Below the pieces are notes generated by a model. That model worked only from the letters and a program-made list of their open reading frames with translations, was not told the DNA's origin and made no database searches. Positions 20,224 through 34,689 of a stretch of DNA of 64,000 nucleotides are shown piece after piece; position 1 is the stretch's first letter, and each line of letters starts with the position of its first letter. Source of the stretch: Escherichia coli (GTDB taxonomy: Bacteria; Pseudomonadota; Gammaproteobacteria; Enterobacterales; Enterobacteriaceae). The translations under genes and the position numbers were made by a program. The DNA lies in assembly GCF_044324785.1 (NCBI RefSeq), contig NZ_CP172127.1, one strand, 5' to 3'.

Positions 20224-20231
20224 ATTTACAT

Positions 20232-20261
20232 TTCTGCATGGTTATGCATAACCATGCAGAA
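20232..20261 (+). terminator. Perfect 30-nt palindrome after rhtA (probable terminator hairpin)
   Basis: TTCTGCATGGTTATG|CATAACCATGCAGAA has 15-bp arms, no mismatch and no spacer, and is followed by TTTC. Confidence 0.55.
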
Positions 20262-20377
20262 TTTCTCGCTACTTTTCCTCTACACCGTCTTTATATATCG
20301 AATTATGCAAAAGCATATTTATTCCGAAAATTCCTGGCGAGCCAATAAATAAGAATTGTTCTTATCAATATAACTAA

Positions 20378-21025
<648 letters not shown>

Positions 21026-21242
21026 ATCCATCGCTGATGGTGCAGAACTTTAGTACACGATAAAAGCGGCTTCCTGACAGGAGGCCGTTTTGTTTTGTAG
21101 CCCGCCTCAACGCACTTATTTAGTGCATCCATCTGCTATCCCCAGCTGGTTAAGTAAATTTTTTGTATCCACATCATCACACAATCGTTACATAACGATT
21201 GTTTTTTCATCAGGTTTTACGCTAAATAATCACTGTGTTGAG

Positions 21243-21285
21243 TGCACAATTTTAGCGCACCAGTTTGGTGCCCCAGAATGGTGCA
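21243..21285. promoter_or_regulatory. Cluster of NtrC (TGCACC-N5-GGTGCA-like) sites upstream of glnH
   Basis: cGCACCagtttGGTGCc (21256..21272) and an overlapping tGCCCCagaatGGTGCA (21269..21285). This fits the known glnHp2 enhancer arrangement. Confidence 0.5.
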
Positions 21286-21358
21286 TCTTCAGGGTATTGC
21301 CCTATAAATCGTGCATCACGTTTTTACCGCATCTCGATAAATCAATGAGTTGCAAAAC

Positions 21359-21374
21359 TGGCACGATTTTTTCA
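21359..21374 (+). promoter_or_regulatory. Sigma-54 promoter (glnHp2): TGGCAC-N5-TTTCA
   Basis: TGGCACgatttTTTCA sits about 55 nt upstream of the glnH ATG, with the -24 GG and the -12 element correctly spaced. Confidence 0.65.
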
Positions 21375-21413
21375 TATATGTGAATGTCACGCAGGGGATC
21401 GTCCCGTGGATAG

Positions 21414-22175
<762 letters not shown>

Positions 22176-22207
22176 TAACGCTACGCCTGTAAAGCGCACT
22201 GGCAGTT

Positions 22208-22244
22208 CCCTCTCCCCTCTGGGGAGAGGATTAGGGTGAGGGGC
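22208..22244. repeat. Intergenic palindromic repeat of the ...CTCTCCCC-N3-GGGGAGAGG-TTAGGGTGAGGGG... type (BoxC-like)
   Basis: Hairpin CCTCTCCCC-tct-GGGGAGAGG followed by attagGGTGAGGGGC. I recognise this sequence class as a dispersed E. coli intergenic repeat. The family name is from memory. Confidence 0.45.
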
Positions 22245-22313
22245 GCAAACCCGCTCCGGGGCCATTAATTACCCTGAATTTGATTATTTACACCACGGTA
22301 ACAGGAACAACAT

Positions 22314-22973
22314 ATGCAGTTTGACTGGAGTGCCATCTGGCCTGCCATTCCGCTTCTGATTGAAGGTGCCAAAATGACCCTGTGGATTTCGGTCCTCGGT
22401 CTGGCTGGCGGCCTGGTGATCGGATTGCTGGCAGGTTTTGCACGCACCTTCGGTGGTTGGATAGCCAACCACGTCGCGCTGGTCTTTATTGAAGTGATCC
22501 GCGGCACACCTATCGTCGTCCAGGTGATGTTTATCTACTTTGCCCTGCCGATGGCGTTTAACGACTTACGCATCGACCCGTTTACTGCGGCGGTGGTCAC
22601 CATCATGATCAACTCCGGCGCGTACATTGCAGAAATCACGCGTGGTGCGGTGCTGTCTATTCACAAAGGTTTTCGTGAAGCAGGACTGGCGCTCGGTCTT
22701 TCACGTTGGGAAACCATTCGCTACGTCATTTTACCGCTGGCATTGCGTCGTATGCTGCCGCCGCTGGGTAACCAGTGGATCATCAGCATTAAAGACACCT
22801 CGCTGTTTATTGTTATCGGCGTGGCGGAACTGACCCGTCAGGGGCAAGAAATTATTGCCGGTAACTTCCGCGCCCTTGAGATCTGGAGCGCCGTGGCGGT
22901 GTTCTATCTGATTATTACCCTGGTGCTGAGCTTTATTCTGCGTCGTCTGGAAAGAAGGATGAAAATCCTGTGA
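22314..22973 (+). CDS. glnP: Glutamine ABC transporter permease
   Basis: 219-aa polytopic protein recognised as GlnP. Confidence 0.95.
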
Positions 22974-23692
22974 TTGAATTTAAAAACGTCTCCAAGCATT
23001 TTGGTCCAACCCAGGTGCTGCACAATATCGATTTGAACATTGCTCAGGGCGAAGTCGTGGTGATTATCGGGCCGTCCGGTTCCGGTAAATCGACCCTGCT
23101 GCGCTGCATCAACAAACTGGAAGAAATCACCTCCGGCGATCTGATTGTCGATGGCCTGAAGGTTAACGATCCGAAAGTTGACGAGCGCCTGATTCGCCAG
23201 GAAGCAGGTATGGTGTTCCAGCAGTTTTACCTCTTCCCGCATCTGACGGCGCTGGAAAACGTCATGTTTGGTCCGCTACGCGTGCGTGGCGCGAACAAAG
23301 AAGAGGCGGAAAAACTGGCGCGTGAGCTGCTGGCGAAAGTCGGCCTGGCAGAACGCGCTCACCACTACCCTTCCGAGCTTTCTGGTGGTCAACAGCAGCG
23401 TGTGGCGATCGCACGCGCGCTGGCGGTGAAGCCGAAAATGATGCTGTTTGATGAACCGACTTCCGCTCTTGACCCGGAACTGCGCCATGAAGTGCTGAAG
23501 GTTATGCAGGATCTGGCTGAAGAAGGGATGACGATGGTGATCGTGACACACGAAATCGGTTTTGCCGAGAAAGTAGCTTCGCGCCTGATCTTTATCGACA
23601 AAGGCCGGATTGCGGAAGATGGCGATCCGCAGGTGTTGATCAAGAACCCACCGAGCCAGCGCTTGCAGGAATTTTTGCAGCACGTCTCTTAA
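22970..23692 (+). CDS. glnQ: Glutamine ABC transporter ATPase
   Basis: Walker [10 protein letters not shown] and signature [12 protein letters not shown] overlap with glnP. Confidence 0.95.
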
Positions 23693-23808
23693 CTTCTCAG
23701 CCTCCCTTTCCCCCGAAAGGGAGGCACACCAGATTCCTCTCATTTAAAATCGCCCCTCCCCCAGCATCTATACTTATCTTTTTGCTCTGTTTTCTCACTG
23801 GAGGAGTC

Positions 23809-26034
23809 ATGCGGTGGATCCTGTTCATCCTCTTCTGCCTGCTGGGCGCACCTGCCCACGCGGTATCCATACCCGGCGTTACAACCACAACGACAACGGA
23901 CTCAACGACTGAACCGGCCCCGGAACCGGATATCGAACAAAAAAAAGCGGCCTATGGCGCACTGGCGGATGTGCTGGATAATGACACCTCGCGTAAAGAG
24001 TTGATCGACCAGTTGCGCACCGTCGCCGCGACGCCCCCTGCGGAACCCGTACCGAAGATCGTGCCGCCGACGCTGGTTGAAGAGCAAACCGTGCTGCAAA
24101 AAGTCACCGAAGTCAGCCGCCATTATGGTGAAGCCCTTTCCGCCCGCTTCGGACAACTTTATCGCAATATCACCGGCTCCCCGCATAAGCCGTTTAATCC
24201 ACAAACCTTCAGCAATGCGTTGACCCATTTTTCAATGTTAGCGGTATTAGTGTTTGGTTTTTACTGGCTGATTCGCCTGTGCGCACTTCCGCTGTATCGC
24301 AAAATGGGTCAGTGGGCGCGGCAAAAAAATCGTGAGCGCAGTAACTGGTTGCAGCTTCCGGCGATGATTATCGGGGCGTTTATTATCGACCTGCTGTTAC
24401 TGGCGCTGACATTGTTTGTCGGCCAGGTATTAAGCGACAACCTGAATGCGGGCAGTCGCACCATCGCTTTCCAACAAAGTTTGTTTCTCAACGCCTTTGC
24501 CCTGATTGAATTTTTCAAAGCTGTACTACGCCTGATTTTTTGCCCAAATGTGGCGGAGCTGCGCCCGTTCACGATTCAGGACGAGAGCGCCCGTTACTGG
24601 AGTCGTCGCCTGAGCTGGTTAAGCAGCCTGATTGGCTATGGCCTGATTGTGGCCGTGCCGATTATCTCTAATCAGGTGAATGTACAGATAGGTGCGCTGG
24701 CGAACGTCATCATTATGCTGTGCATGACGGTCTGGGCGTTGTACCTGATCTTTCGTAATAAAAAAGAGATTACCCAGCATTTGCTCAACTTCGCGGAGCA
24801 TTCGCTGGCCTTTTTCAGCCTGTTTATCCGCGCCTTTGCGCTGGTGTGGCACTGGCTGGCAAGCGCCTATTTTATCGTGCTGTTTTTCTTTTCGTTGTTC
24901 GATCCGGGCAACAGCCTGAAATTTATGATGGGTGCAACGGTGCGCAGCCTGGCGATTATTGGTATCGCAGCGTTTGTTTCCGGTATGTTTTCCCGCTGGC
25001 TGGCGAAAACCATCACCCTCTCGCCACATACTCAGCGTAACTATCCAGAGCTGCAAAAACGGCTGAATGGCTGGCTTTCGGCGGCGCTGAAAACAGCGCG
25101 TATTCTGACAGTCTGCGTGGCGGTAATGCTGCTGTTGAGCGCATGGGGATTGTTCGATTTCTGGAACTGGCTGCAAAACGGTGCGGGGCAGAAAACCGTA
25201 GATATCCTGATCCGTATCGCACTCATTCTTTTCTTCTCGGCGGTTGGCTGGACGGTGCTCGCCAGTTTGATCGAAAACCGGCTGGCTTCGGATATTCATG
25301 GCCGCCCGCTACCCAGCGCCCGCACGCGTACCCTGCTGACGCTGTTTCGTAACGCGCTGGCGGTGATTATCAGTACCATCACCATCATGATTGTGTTGTC
25401 GGAAATCGGCGTCAATATCGCGCCATTGCTGGCAGGTGCCGGGGCATTAGGTCTGGCTATCTCGTTTGGTTCGCAAACGCTGGTGAAAGATATTATCACC
25501 GGGGTATTTATTCAGTTTGAAAACGGCATGAACACTGGAGATTTGGTTACTATCGGGCCGTTGACCGGTACTGTGGAACGGATGTCGATTCGCTCCGTGG
25601 GCGTGCGTCAGGATACCGGGGCGTATCACATCATTCCGTGGTCTTCGATAACCACCTTTGCTAACTTCGTCCGCGGCATTGGTTCGGTGGTGGCAAATTA
25701 CGATGTTGATCGCCATGAAGATGCTGATAAAGCCAATCAGGCACTGAAAGATGCGGTAGCTGAATTGATGGAAAACGAAGAAATTCGCGGGTTGATTATC
25801 GGTGAACCGAACTTTGCCGGGATTGTCGGCTTAAGCAATACCGCGTTTACACTGCGTGTTTCGTTCACCACGCTGCCACTCAAACAGTGGACGGTCCGCT
25901 TTGCCCTCGACAGCCAGGTGAAAAAACATTTCGACCTGGCGGGTGTTCGCGCGCCGGTACAGACTTATCAGGTGCTGCCTGCTCCGGGCGCGGCCCCGGC
26001 TGAACCGTTGCCGCCGGGGGAACCAACGCTTTAA
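23809..26034 (+). CDS. ybiO: MscS-family mechanosensitive channel (741 aa)
   Basis: [18 protein letters not shown] signal sequence followed by a C-terminal MscS core (...[31 protein letters not shown]...). Start trimmed from 23782. Confidence 0.9.
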   Translation: MRWILFILFCLLGAPAHAVSIPGVTTTTTTDSTTEPAPEPDIEQKKAAYGALADVLDNDTSRKELIDQLRTVAATPPAEPVPKIVPPTLVEEQTVLQKVTEVSRHYGEALSARFGQLYRNITGSPHKPFNPQTFSNALTHFSMLAVLVFGFYWLIRLCALPLYRKMGQWARQKNRERSNWLQLPAMIIGAFIIDLLLLALTLFVGQVLSDNLNAGSRTIAFQQSLFLNAFALIEFFKAVLRLIFCPNVAELRPFTIQDESARYWSRRLSWLSSLIGYGLIVAVPIISNQVNVQIGALANVIIMLCMTVWALYLIFRNKKEITQHLLNFAEHSLAFFSLFIRAFALVWHWLASAYFIVLFFFSLFDPGNSLKFMMGATVRSLAIIGIAAFVSGMFSRWLAKTITLSPHTQRNYPELQKRLNGWLSAALKTARILTVCVAVMLLLSAWGLFDFWNWLQNGAGQKTVDILIRIALILFFSAVGWTVLASLIENRLASDIHGRPLPSARTRTLLTLFRNALAVIISTITIMIVLSEIGVNIAPLLAGAGALGLAISFGSQTLVKDIITGVFIQFENGMNTGDLVTIGPLTGTVERMSIRSVGVRQDTGAYHIIPWSSITTFANFVRGIGSVVANYDVDRHEDADKANQALKDAVAELMENEEIRGLIIGEPNFAGIVGLSNTAFTLRVSFTTLPLKQWTVRFALDSQVKKHFDLAGVRAPVQTYQVLPAPGAAPAEPLPPGEPTL

Positions 26035-26957
26035 CGCTGGCGATTGACAAAACGGCGGCGCTGCTCGTCGTTCATAAAGGTCCAGGCAATAAAGCGACTC
26101 TGCTTTTGCCCCTGGGCCATCTCTTTTTTAACCACCTTCACCGCGCCCACGTCCGTCAGGGCACGATACAACGGCGGTAAGTTTTCACCACGAGATACCA
26201 GTGAGGTAAACCACATCACCTGCTTCGCGAAGCCTTTGCTCTCTTCAATCATCTTTTTGATAAAGGTGACTTCACCGCCTTCACACCACAACTCCTGTTG
26301 CTGGCCGCCAAAGTTCAGTGCATCGTCTTTGTTTAGCCCCAGGTTACGGCGTTTACGTTCACTACCTGCCCGTGCCGCAGCGGCGGAATCGTGGAATGGC
26401 GGGTTACACAAGGTCGCGTCGTATTGCTCGTTTTTATGGATGATGCCGTTAAAAATCGCCCCACTCTCTTTTTGCCGACGCAGACGAATGGCGCGGTTAA
26501 GCCCCGGATTAGCACTGATGATCGCCTGCGCACTGCTTAACGCCTGGCTGCTGGTTTCACTACCAGTAAAACGCCAGCCATATTCATGTACGCCAATCAG
26601 CGGGTAAATACAGTTCGCACCAACGCCGATATCCAGAATGCTGGCATTAGCTGGAATTGTTCCGCTTGCTTCTGCCAGTAAATCGGCAAGGTGATGAATA
26701 TAATCCGCCCGGCCCGGTACTGGTGGGCAGAGAAAACCGTCGGGGATATCCCAGTTCGCTACGGCGTAAAAATGGGCCAGCAACGCCTTATTGAGCGCCT
26801 TCACCGCCAGCGGATTGGCAAAGTCTACGCTTTGCTCCCCGGCGGGTGTAAGCGTGAGGAATTGCCTGAGTTCAGGATTGACCTGACAAAGCGTGGCGAG
26901 ATCGTAGCGGCTGTGATGACGGTTGCGCGGATGCAACCCCGGTTTCTGGGCGGACAT
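26031..26957 (-). CDS. rlmF: 23S rRNA m6A1618 methyltransferase
   Basis: [20 protein letters not shown]... with the NPPF motif (LCNPPFH). Start trimmed from 27038. The stop overlaps the ybiO stop (TTAA). Confidence 0.9.
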   Translation of the reverse strand: MSAQKPGLHPRNRHHSRYDLATLCQVNPELRQFLTLTPAGEQSVDFANPLAVKALNKALLAHFYAVANWDIPDGFLCPPVPGRADYIHHLADLLAEASGTIPANASILDIGVGANCIYPLIGVHEYGWRFTGSETSSQALSSAQAIISANPGLNRAIRLRRQKESGAIFNGIIHKNEQYDATLCNPPFHDSAAAARAGSERKRRNLGLNKDDALNFGGQQQELWCEGGEVTFIKKMIEESKGFAKQVMWFTSLVSRGENLPPLYRALTDVGAVKVVKKEMAQGQKQSRFIAWTFMNDEQRRRFVNRQR

Positions 26958-27232
26958 AGCATTCTCCTTTAAGCAGCGGCGTAAGATACCCGCATAACGC
27001 GACAGGGTAAATATCTGGCTGCGTTTATCATTCCCCAAAACCTTAACATGGCTATGGTTTATGGCAATTCATCATAAAAATCAGCATCATGCATTTCATT
27101 GATTTGTCTTATTTTGTAAAAATATATCGTTCAAAAAATAAGCACATCTCTGTCAATTTTTTGCGTCATTTTCATCGCCCAGGCGACCTACACTTATCAG
27201 GCACTACCCGTTGTATTTATGAGGATGTCATT

Positions 27233-27493
27233 ATGAAAAAGTGCCTCACACTACTGATTGCCACCGTCCTGAGCGGAATCTCTCTCACGGCTTATGCCGC
27301 GCAACCGATGAGTAACCTGGACAGCGGTCAGCTACGGCCCGCCGGTACCGTTTCGGCAACTGGCGCATCAAACCTAAGCGATCTGGAGGATAAACTGGCA
27401 GAAAAAGCGCGCGAGCAAGGCGCGAAAGGTTATGTCATTAATTCCGCAGGCGGAAATGACCAGATGTTCGGTACTGCAACCATCTACAAATAA
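27233..27493 (+). CDS. mcbA: DUF1471/YhcN-family periplasmic protein (86 aa)
   Basis: MKKCLTLLIATVLSGISLTAYAAQPM...GTATIYK recognised as YbiM/McbA. Start trimmed from 27089. Confidence 0.85.
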   Translation: MKKCLTLLIATVLSGISLTAYAAQPMSNLDSGQLRPAGTVSATGASNLSDLEDKLAEKAREQGAKGYVINSAGGNDQMFGTATIYK

Positions 27494-27628
27494 CCCCACC
27501 AACGTAACTGCATTCGCCTCTGGATGCAGTTTTCGCCTGTTTTGTAATCAAAAAACATCAAATATGAACGCAATGTAAATAAATGTATTTCTTTTTCGCG
27601 CAATGGGTGATAGAAAATCGCGCCAAGT

Positions 27629-27653
27629 GATAATGCTTATCAAAATTATTATC
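27629..27653. promoter_or_regulatory. Fur box upstream of fiu
   Basis: GATAATGCTTATCAAAATTATTATC resembles the GATAATGATAATCATTATC consensus, about 105 nt before the fiu start. Confidence 0.7.
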
Positions 27654-27757
27654 ACTTGCACGAACACTATCACGAGATTAACAGTGGCATCGCATCCGCA
27701 GAGAGGCTTTCTCGTGGCAGTGAAAATTTCAACATATAAGAAAAAGTCACCTGCAAA

Positions 27758-30040
27758 ATGGAAAACAATCGCAATTTCCCTGCCAGACAATTTCATTCGC
27801 TCACGTTCTTTGCCGGTCTTTGTATTGGCATCACGCCTGTGGCTCAGGCACTCGCCGCCGAAGGGCAAGCAAACGCGGATGACACGCTGGTTGTCGAAGC
27901 ATCAACGCCTTCGCTTTATGCGCCACAACAATCTGCTGATCCGAAATTCTCGCGTCCGGTAGCGGATACTACCCGCACGATGACGGTGATTTCTGAACAA
28001 GTGATTAAAGATCAGGGCGCAACCAACCTTACCGACGCGCTCAAAAACGTCCCCGGCGTGGGTGCGTTTTTTGCGGGTGAGAACGGTAACTCCACCACTG
28101 GCGACGCCATTTATATGCGTGGTGCCGATACCTCTAACAGTATTTATATTGATGGCATTCGCGATATCGGCAGCGTCTCGCGCGACACCTTCAATACCGA
28201 GCAGGTCGAAGTGATTAAAGGGCCGTCCGGCACCGACTACGGGCGCAGCGCACCGACGGGCTCGATCAATATGATCAGCAAGCAGCCGCGCAATGACTCA
28301 GGCATTGACGCCTCCGCGAGTATTGGCAGCGCCTGGTTCCGCCGCGGCACGCTGGACGTCAATCAGGTCATTGGTGATACCACTGCGGTGCGCCTGAATG
28401 TGATGGGTGAAAAAACGCACGATGCCGGACGCGACAAAGTCAAAAATGAGCGTTACGGCGTCGCCCCTTCTGTCGCTTTTGGCCTTGGCACAGCGAATCG
28501 TTTGTATCTTAATTATCTACATGTCACCCAGCACAACACGCCAGACGGCGGCATTCCGACCATCGGTTTGCCGGGCTATTCTGCCCCATCTGCGGGAGCG
28601 GCGGCCCTGAATCATTCCGGAAAAGTAGATACGCATAACTTTTATGGCACGGATTCCGATTACGACGATTCGACCACCGATACCGCTACCATGCGTTTTG
28701 AGCACGATATCAACGATAACACCACCATTCGCAATACTACCCGTTGGTCGCGCGTGAAGCAGGATTACCTGATGACGGCGATTATGGGCGGGGCGTCGAA
28801 TATTACCCAGCCCACCAGCGATGTGAATAGCTGGACCTGGTCACGCACGGCGAATACTAAAGATGTGAGTAATAAAATTCTCACCAACCAGACCAACCTG
28901 ACCTCGACGTTCTATACCGGTTCTATCGGTCATGATGTCAGTACCGGCGTGGAATTTACCCGTGAAACGCAGACTAACTACGGCGTTAATCCGGTGACGT
29001 TACCTGCGGTAAATATTTATCATCCTGACAGCAGCATTCATCCCGGCGGCCTGACGCGCAACGGCGCAAACGCCAATGGTCAGACGGATACCTTCGCAAT
29101 TTACGCTTTCGATACGCTGCAAATCACCCGTGATTTTGAGCTGAACGGCGGGATCCGTCTGGATAATTATCATACTGAATATGACAGTGCCACCGCCTGC
29201 GGCGGCAGCGGACGCGGTGCCATCACCTGCCCTGCTGGCGTGGCAAAAGGTTCTCCGGTCACCACCGTCGATACCGCCAAGTCGGGCAATCTGGTGAACT
29301 GGAAAGCCGGGGCGCTGTATCACCTGACGGAAAACGGCAATGTCTATATTAACTATGCTGTTTCCCAGCAGCCTCCGGGCGGCAACAACTTCGCCCTTGC
29401 GCAGTCTGGCAGCGGTAACAGTGCCAACCGCACCGATTTTAAACCGCAAAAAGCCAACACCAGCGAGATTGGCACCAAATGGCAGGTTCTGGATAAACGC
29501 CTGTTGCTCACCGCCGCGCTGTTCCGTACTGATATCGAAAATGAAGTTGAGCAAAATGATGACGGAACTTACTCGCAATACGGTAAGAAACGCGTCGAAG
29601 GCTATGAGATATCCGTGGCCGGGAATATCACTCCCGCGTGGCAGGTGATTGGCGGCTATACCCAGCAAAAAGCAACCATCAAAAACGGCAAAGATGTTGC
29701 CCAGGATGGTTCCTCATCGCTGCCGTATACCCCGGAGCACGCCTTTACCTTATGGAGCCAGTATCAGGCAACCGATGATATTTCCGTTGGTGCGGGCGCA
29801 CGCTATATCGGCAGTATGCATAAAGGTTCTGACGGCGCGGTGGGAACGCCAGCGTTTACCGAAGGTTATTGGGTCGCCGACGCTAAACTGGGGTATCGGG
29901 TTAATCGCAATCTCGACTTCCAGCTAAACGTCTACAACCTGTTTGATACCGATTACGTCGCCTCAATCAACAAGAGCGGCTACCGTTATCACCCGGGCGA
30001 GCCAAGAACCTTCCTGCTCACGGCCAATATGCATTTCTGA
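27758..30040 (+). CDS. fiu: TonB-dependent catecholate siderophore receptor
   Basis: 760 aa with a TonB box (DDTLVVEA), plug, barrel and terminal ...LTANMHF. Recognised as Fiu. Confidence 0.95.
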   Translation: MENNRNFPARQFHSLTFFAGLCIGITPVAQALAAEGQANADDTLVVEASTPSLYAPQQSADPKFSRPVADTTRTMTVISEQVIKDQGATNLTDALKNVPGVGAFFAGENGNSTTGDAIYMRGADTSNSIYIDGIRDIGSVSRDTFNTEQVEVIKGPSGTDYGRSAPTGSINMISKQPRNDSGIDASASIGSAWFRRGTLDVNQVIGDTTAVRLNVMGEKTHDAGRDKVKNERYGVAPSVAFGLGTANRLYLNYLHVTQHNTPDGGIPTIGLPGYSAPSAGAAALNHSGKVDTHNFYGTDSDYDDSTTDTATMRFEHDINDNTTIRNTTRWSRVKQDYLMTAIMGGASNITQPTSDVNSWTWSRTANTKDVSNKILTNQTNLTSTFYTGSIGHDVSTGVEFTRETQTNYGVNPVTLPAVNIYHPDSSIHPGGLTRNGANANGQTDTFAIYAFDTLQITRDFELNGGIRLDNYHTEYDSATACGGSGRGAITCPAGVAKGSPVTTVDTAKSGNLVNWKAGALYHLTENGNVYINYAVSQQPPGGNNFALAQSGSGNSANRTDFKPQKANTSEIGTKWQVLDKRLLLTAALFRTDIENEVEQNDDGTYSQYGKKRVEGYEISVAGNITPAWQVIGGYTQQKATIKNGKDVAQDGSSSLPYTPEHAFTLWSQYQATDDISVGAGARYIGSMHKGSDGAVGTPAFTEGYWVADAKLGYRVNRNLDFQLNVYNLFDTDYVASINKSGYRYHPGEPRTFLLTANMHF

Positions 30041-30081
30041 TTCAGATGTGGGGCGCAGGCCCCACTTTTTGGAGAACTTGT

Positions 30082-30759
30082 ATGATGTACCACATTCCCG
30101 GCGTGCTATCGCCAAAGGACGTCGCCCGTTTTCGCGAACAACTGGAACAAGCCGAATGGGTGGATGGACGCGTCACCACTGGCGCACAAGGTGCGCAAGT
30201 TAAGAACAATCAACAGGTAGACACCCGCAGCACGTTATACGCCGCCCTGCAAAATGAGGTGCTGAACGCGGTTAACCAACATGCTTTGTTCTTTGCCGCG
30301 GCCTTACCGCGTACCCTTTCCACGCCGCTGTTTAATCGCTATCAGAACAATGAAACCTATGGTTTTCATGTGGATGGCGCAGTACGCAGTCACCCACAAA
30401 ACGGCTGGATGCGCACTGACCTTTCTGCCACACTGTTTTTAAGCGATCCACAAAGCTACGACGGCGGCGAACTGGTCGTTAATGACACCTTCGGACAACA
30501 TCGGGTAAAACTCCCGGCAGGCGATCTGGTGTTGTATCCCTCCAGCAGCTTGCATTGCGTGACACCCGTAACCCGCGGCGTACGAGTGGCATCATTTATG
30601 TGGATCCAGTCGATGATCCGTGATGATAAAAAGCGCGCCATGCTGTTTGAACTGGACAACAATATTCAGTCGCTGAAAAGCCGCTACGGCGAAAGTGAAG
30701 AGATCCTGTCGCTGCTCAATCTTTATCATAATCTGCTGCGGGAATGGTCGGAGATCTGA
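30082..30759 (+). CDS. ybiX: PKHD-type Fe(II)/2-oxoglutarate hydroxylase
   Basis: [30 protein letters not shown]... with HVD...H iron ligands. Start trimmed from 30046. Confidence 0.9.
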   Translation: MMYHIPGVLSPKDVARFREQLEQAEWVDGRVTTGAQGAQVKNNQQVDTRSTLYAALQNEVLNAVNQHALFFAAALPRTLSTPLFNRYQNNETYGFHVDGAVRSHPQNGWMRTDLSATLFLSDPQSYDGGELVVNDTFGQHRVKLPAGDLVLYPSSSLHCVTPVTRGVRVASFMWIQSMIRDDKKRAMLFELDNNIQSLKSRYGESEEILSLLNLYHNLLREWSEI

Positions 30760-30832
30760 CGCTTGAACTGCCCGAGTTCGTCCCTATATTAGCTACACTT
30801 AACTGTACAAGTATTGATATGGGGAGGACGAT

Positions 30833-31099
30833 ATGGCATCCGGTTGGGCTAACGATGACGCCGTCAACGAACAGATCAACAGTACAATTGAAGATGCGAT
30901 TGCCCGCGCTCGGGGTGAAATTCCGCGTGGTGAAAGCCTGTATGAATGTGAAGAGTGCGGCGCACCTATCCCACAGGCCCGTCGGGAAGCCATTCCTGGC
31001 GTGCGCTTATGCATTCATTGTCAGCAGGAGAAAGATTTACAAAAACCAGCTTATACAGGATATAATCGCAGAGGTTCGAAAGACAGCCAGTTACGTTAA
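30833..31099 (+). CDS. ybiI: DksA/TraR-type C4 zinc-finger protein (88 aa)
   Basis: CEECGAPIPQARREAIPGVRLCIHCQ is a four-Cys finger. Recognised as YbiI. Confidence 0.85.
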   Translation: MASGWANDDAVNEQINSTIEDAIARARGEIPRGESLYECEECGAPIPQARREAIPGVRLCIHCQQEKDLQKPAYTGYNRRGSKDSQLR

Positions 31100-31363
31100 C
31101 TACAACTGGCGGGATGTATAGCGAGTATAATTTGTATTTTGCGTGGCATTCCGTGCCTTTAACGCTGTCGTGACTGCCACGCTGCATAAAACAAGTCCAT
31201 AAGTTCAACAAATAAATGGATTATCAGTATGTTAGATATCAATCAATTTATTTGAACAAGGCGGTCAATTCTCTTCGATTTTATCTCTCGAAAAAAAACG
31301 TGATACTCATCACATCGACGAAACAACGTCACTTATACAAAAATCACCTGCGAGAGATTAATT

Positions 31364-31624
31364 ATGAAAACTATCAATACTGTTGTTGCTGCTATGGCTC
31401 TTTCAACTCTGTCATTTGGCGTGTTTGCCGCGGAACCGGTAACGGCATCCCAGGCACAGAACATGAATAAAATCGGCGTGGTTTCTGCCGATGGCGCATC
31501 CACCCTCGATGCCCTGGAAGCGAAACTGGCTGAGAAAGCTGCGGCAGCTGGGGCGAGTGGATACAGCATCACTTCTGCCACCAACAACAATAAATTAAGC
31601 GGTACTGCGGTAATTTATAAGTAA
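31364..31624 (+). CDS. ybiJ: DUF1471/YhcN-family periplasmic protein (86 aa)
   Basis: MKTINTVVAAMALSTLSFGVFAAEPV...GTAVIYK is a paralogue of mcbA. Confidence 0.85.
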   Translation: MKTINTVVAAMALSTLSFGVFAAEPVTASQAQNMNKIGVVSADGASTLDALEAKLAEKAAAAGASGYSITSATNNNKLSGTAVIYK

Positions 31625-31735
31625 TTCGTAAGCCGGATCAGTCGTTTACGCTACGTCCAGCACAAGTATTTCCCTGTCTGTTTGCCGACAGACGCATATG
31701 CTCTAACCCTCATTGATCCTATATTACCCTTGTTT

Positions 31736-31763
31736 GCCCGTCCGTTACTGGACGGGCTTTTTT
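31736..31763 (+). terminator. Rho-independent terminator of ybiJ
   Basis: GCCCGTCC-gttact-GGACGGGC followed by TTTTTT. Confidence 0.8.
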
Positions 31764-32470
31764 GTGCACAGAAAACCCCCAGCTAGGCTGGGGGTTCCGG
31801 AAAGCTTTCAGCTTTGAGCCAGTTATTAAAACCCCTTTTGATTTGTTAAAACACCTTGCGGTCTGGCAACTGCAAGTGTCAAACAAGAAATCAAAAGGGG
31901 GTCCCAATGGGGGACGAAAAGAGCTTAGCGCACACCCGCTGGAACTGTAAATATCACATAGTTTTTGCGCCGAAATACCGAAGACTGGCGTTTTACGGAG
32001 AGAAGCGTAGGGCGATAGGCAGTATTTTGAGAAAGCTGTGTGAGTGGAAAAGCGTACGGATTCTGGAAGCAGAGTGCTGCGCAGATCATATCCATATGCT
32101 TGTGGAAATCCCACCCAAAATGAGCGTATCCGGCTTTATGGGATATCTGAAAGGGAAAAGCAGTCTGATGCTTTACGAGCAGTTTGGGGATTTGAAATTC
32201 AAATACAGAAACAGGGAGTTCTGGTGCCGAGGGTACTATGTCGATACGGTGGGTAAGAACACGGCGAAGATACAGGACTACATAAAGCACCAGCTTGAAG
32301 AGGATAAAATGGGGGAGCAGTTATCGATTCCATATCCGGGCAGCCCGTTTACGGGCCGTAAGTAACGAAGTTGAATGCAAATGTCAGATCGTATGCGCCT
32401 GTTAGGGCGCGGCTGGTAACAGAGCCTTACAGGCGCATTTGAAAAACCTCCGGCTATGCCGGAGGATATT
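31763..32470 (+). mobile_element. IS200 copy (about 708 bp; ends inferred to within about 5 nt)
   Basis: Contains IS200 tnpA. The left-end hairpin (31774..31796) and the 69-nt RBS-occluding stem-loop (31832..31900) fall at the element positions I recall for IS200 if nt 1 is about 31763. The whole gap between the ybiJ terminator T-run and the hcxB stop (710 bp) equals the known IS200 length. Confidence 0.7.
31907..32365 (+). CDS. tnpA: IS200 Y1 (HUH) transposase TnpA, 152 aa
   Basis: MGDEKSLAHTRWNCKYHIVFAPKYRR... with HUH (DHIHMLV) and catalytic Tyr (QDYIKHQ). Start trimmed from 31856, with RBS AAGGGGG at 31895..31901. Confidence 0.92.
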   Translation: MGDEKSLAHTRWNCKYHIVFAPKYRRLAFYGEKRRAIGSILRKLCEWKSVRILEAECCADHIHMLVEIPPKMSVSGFMGYLKGKSSLMLYEQFGDLKFKYRNREFWCRGYYVDTVGKNTAKIQDYIKHQLEEDKMGEQLSIPYPGSPFTGRK

Positions 32471-32473
32471 TAT

Positions 32474-33694
<1,221 letters not shown>

Positions 33695-33699
33695 GAAAA

Positions 33700-34662
<963 letters not shown>

Positions 34663-34689
34663 TTACGACTCCTTACCTGACTCACATCA

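Noticed and set aside
23872-23930. Thr-rich low-complexity run ([17 protein letters not shown]) at the ybiO N-terminus and the RGG/Q-rich tail of rhlE (37910..38100), considered as nucleotide repeats
   Set aside because: These are protein-level low-complexity linkers in known genes, with no exact DNA tandem repeat structure.
24619-25299. 226-aa minus-strand ORF inside ybiO; similar cases at 29000..29668 (in fiu), 1737..2336 and 2802..3296 (in ybiW), and 40126..40752 (in ybhG)
   Set aside because: All lie antisense within recognised, full-length conserved genes. The sequences are low-complexity and stop-poor because of the GC-rich codon third positions on the opposite strand.
27233-31624. The paralogous DUF1471 genes mcbA and ybiJ flanking fiu-ybiX-ybiI, considered as a possible duplication-bounded cassette
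   Set aside because: The two genes share only family-level protein similarity, with no extended DNA identity visible. The arrangement is part of the conserved backbone.
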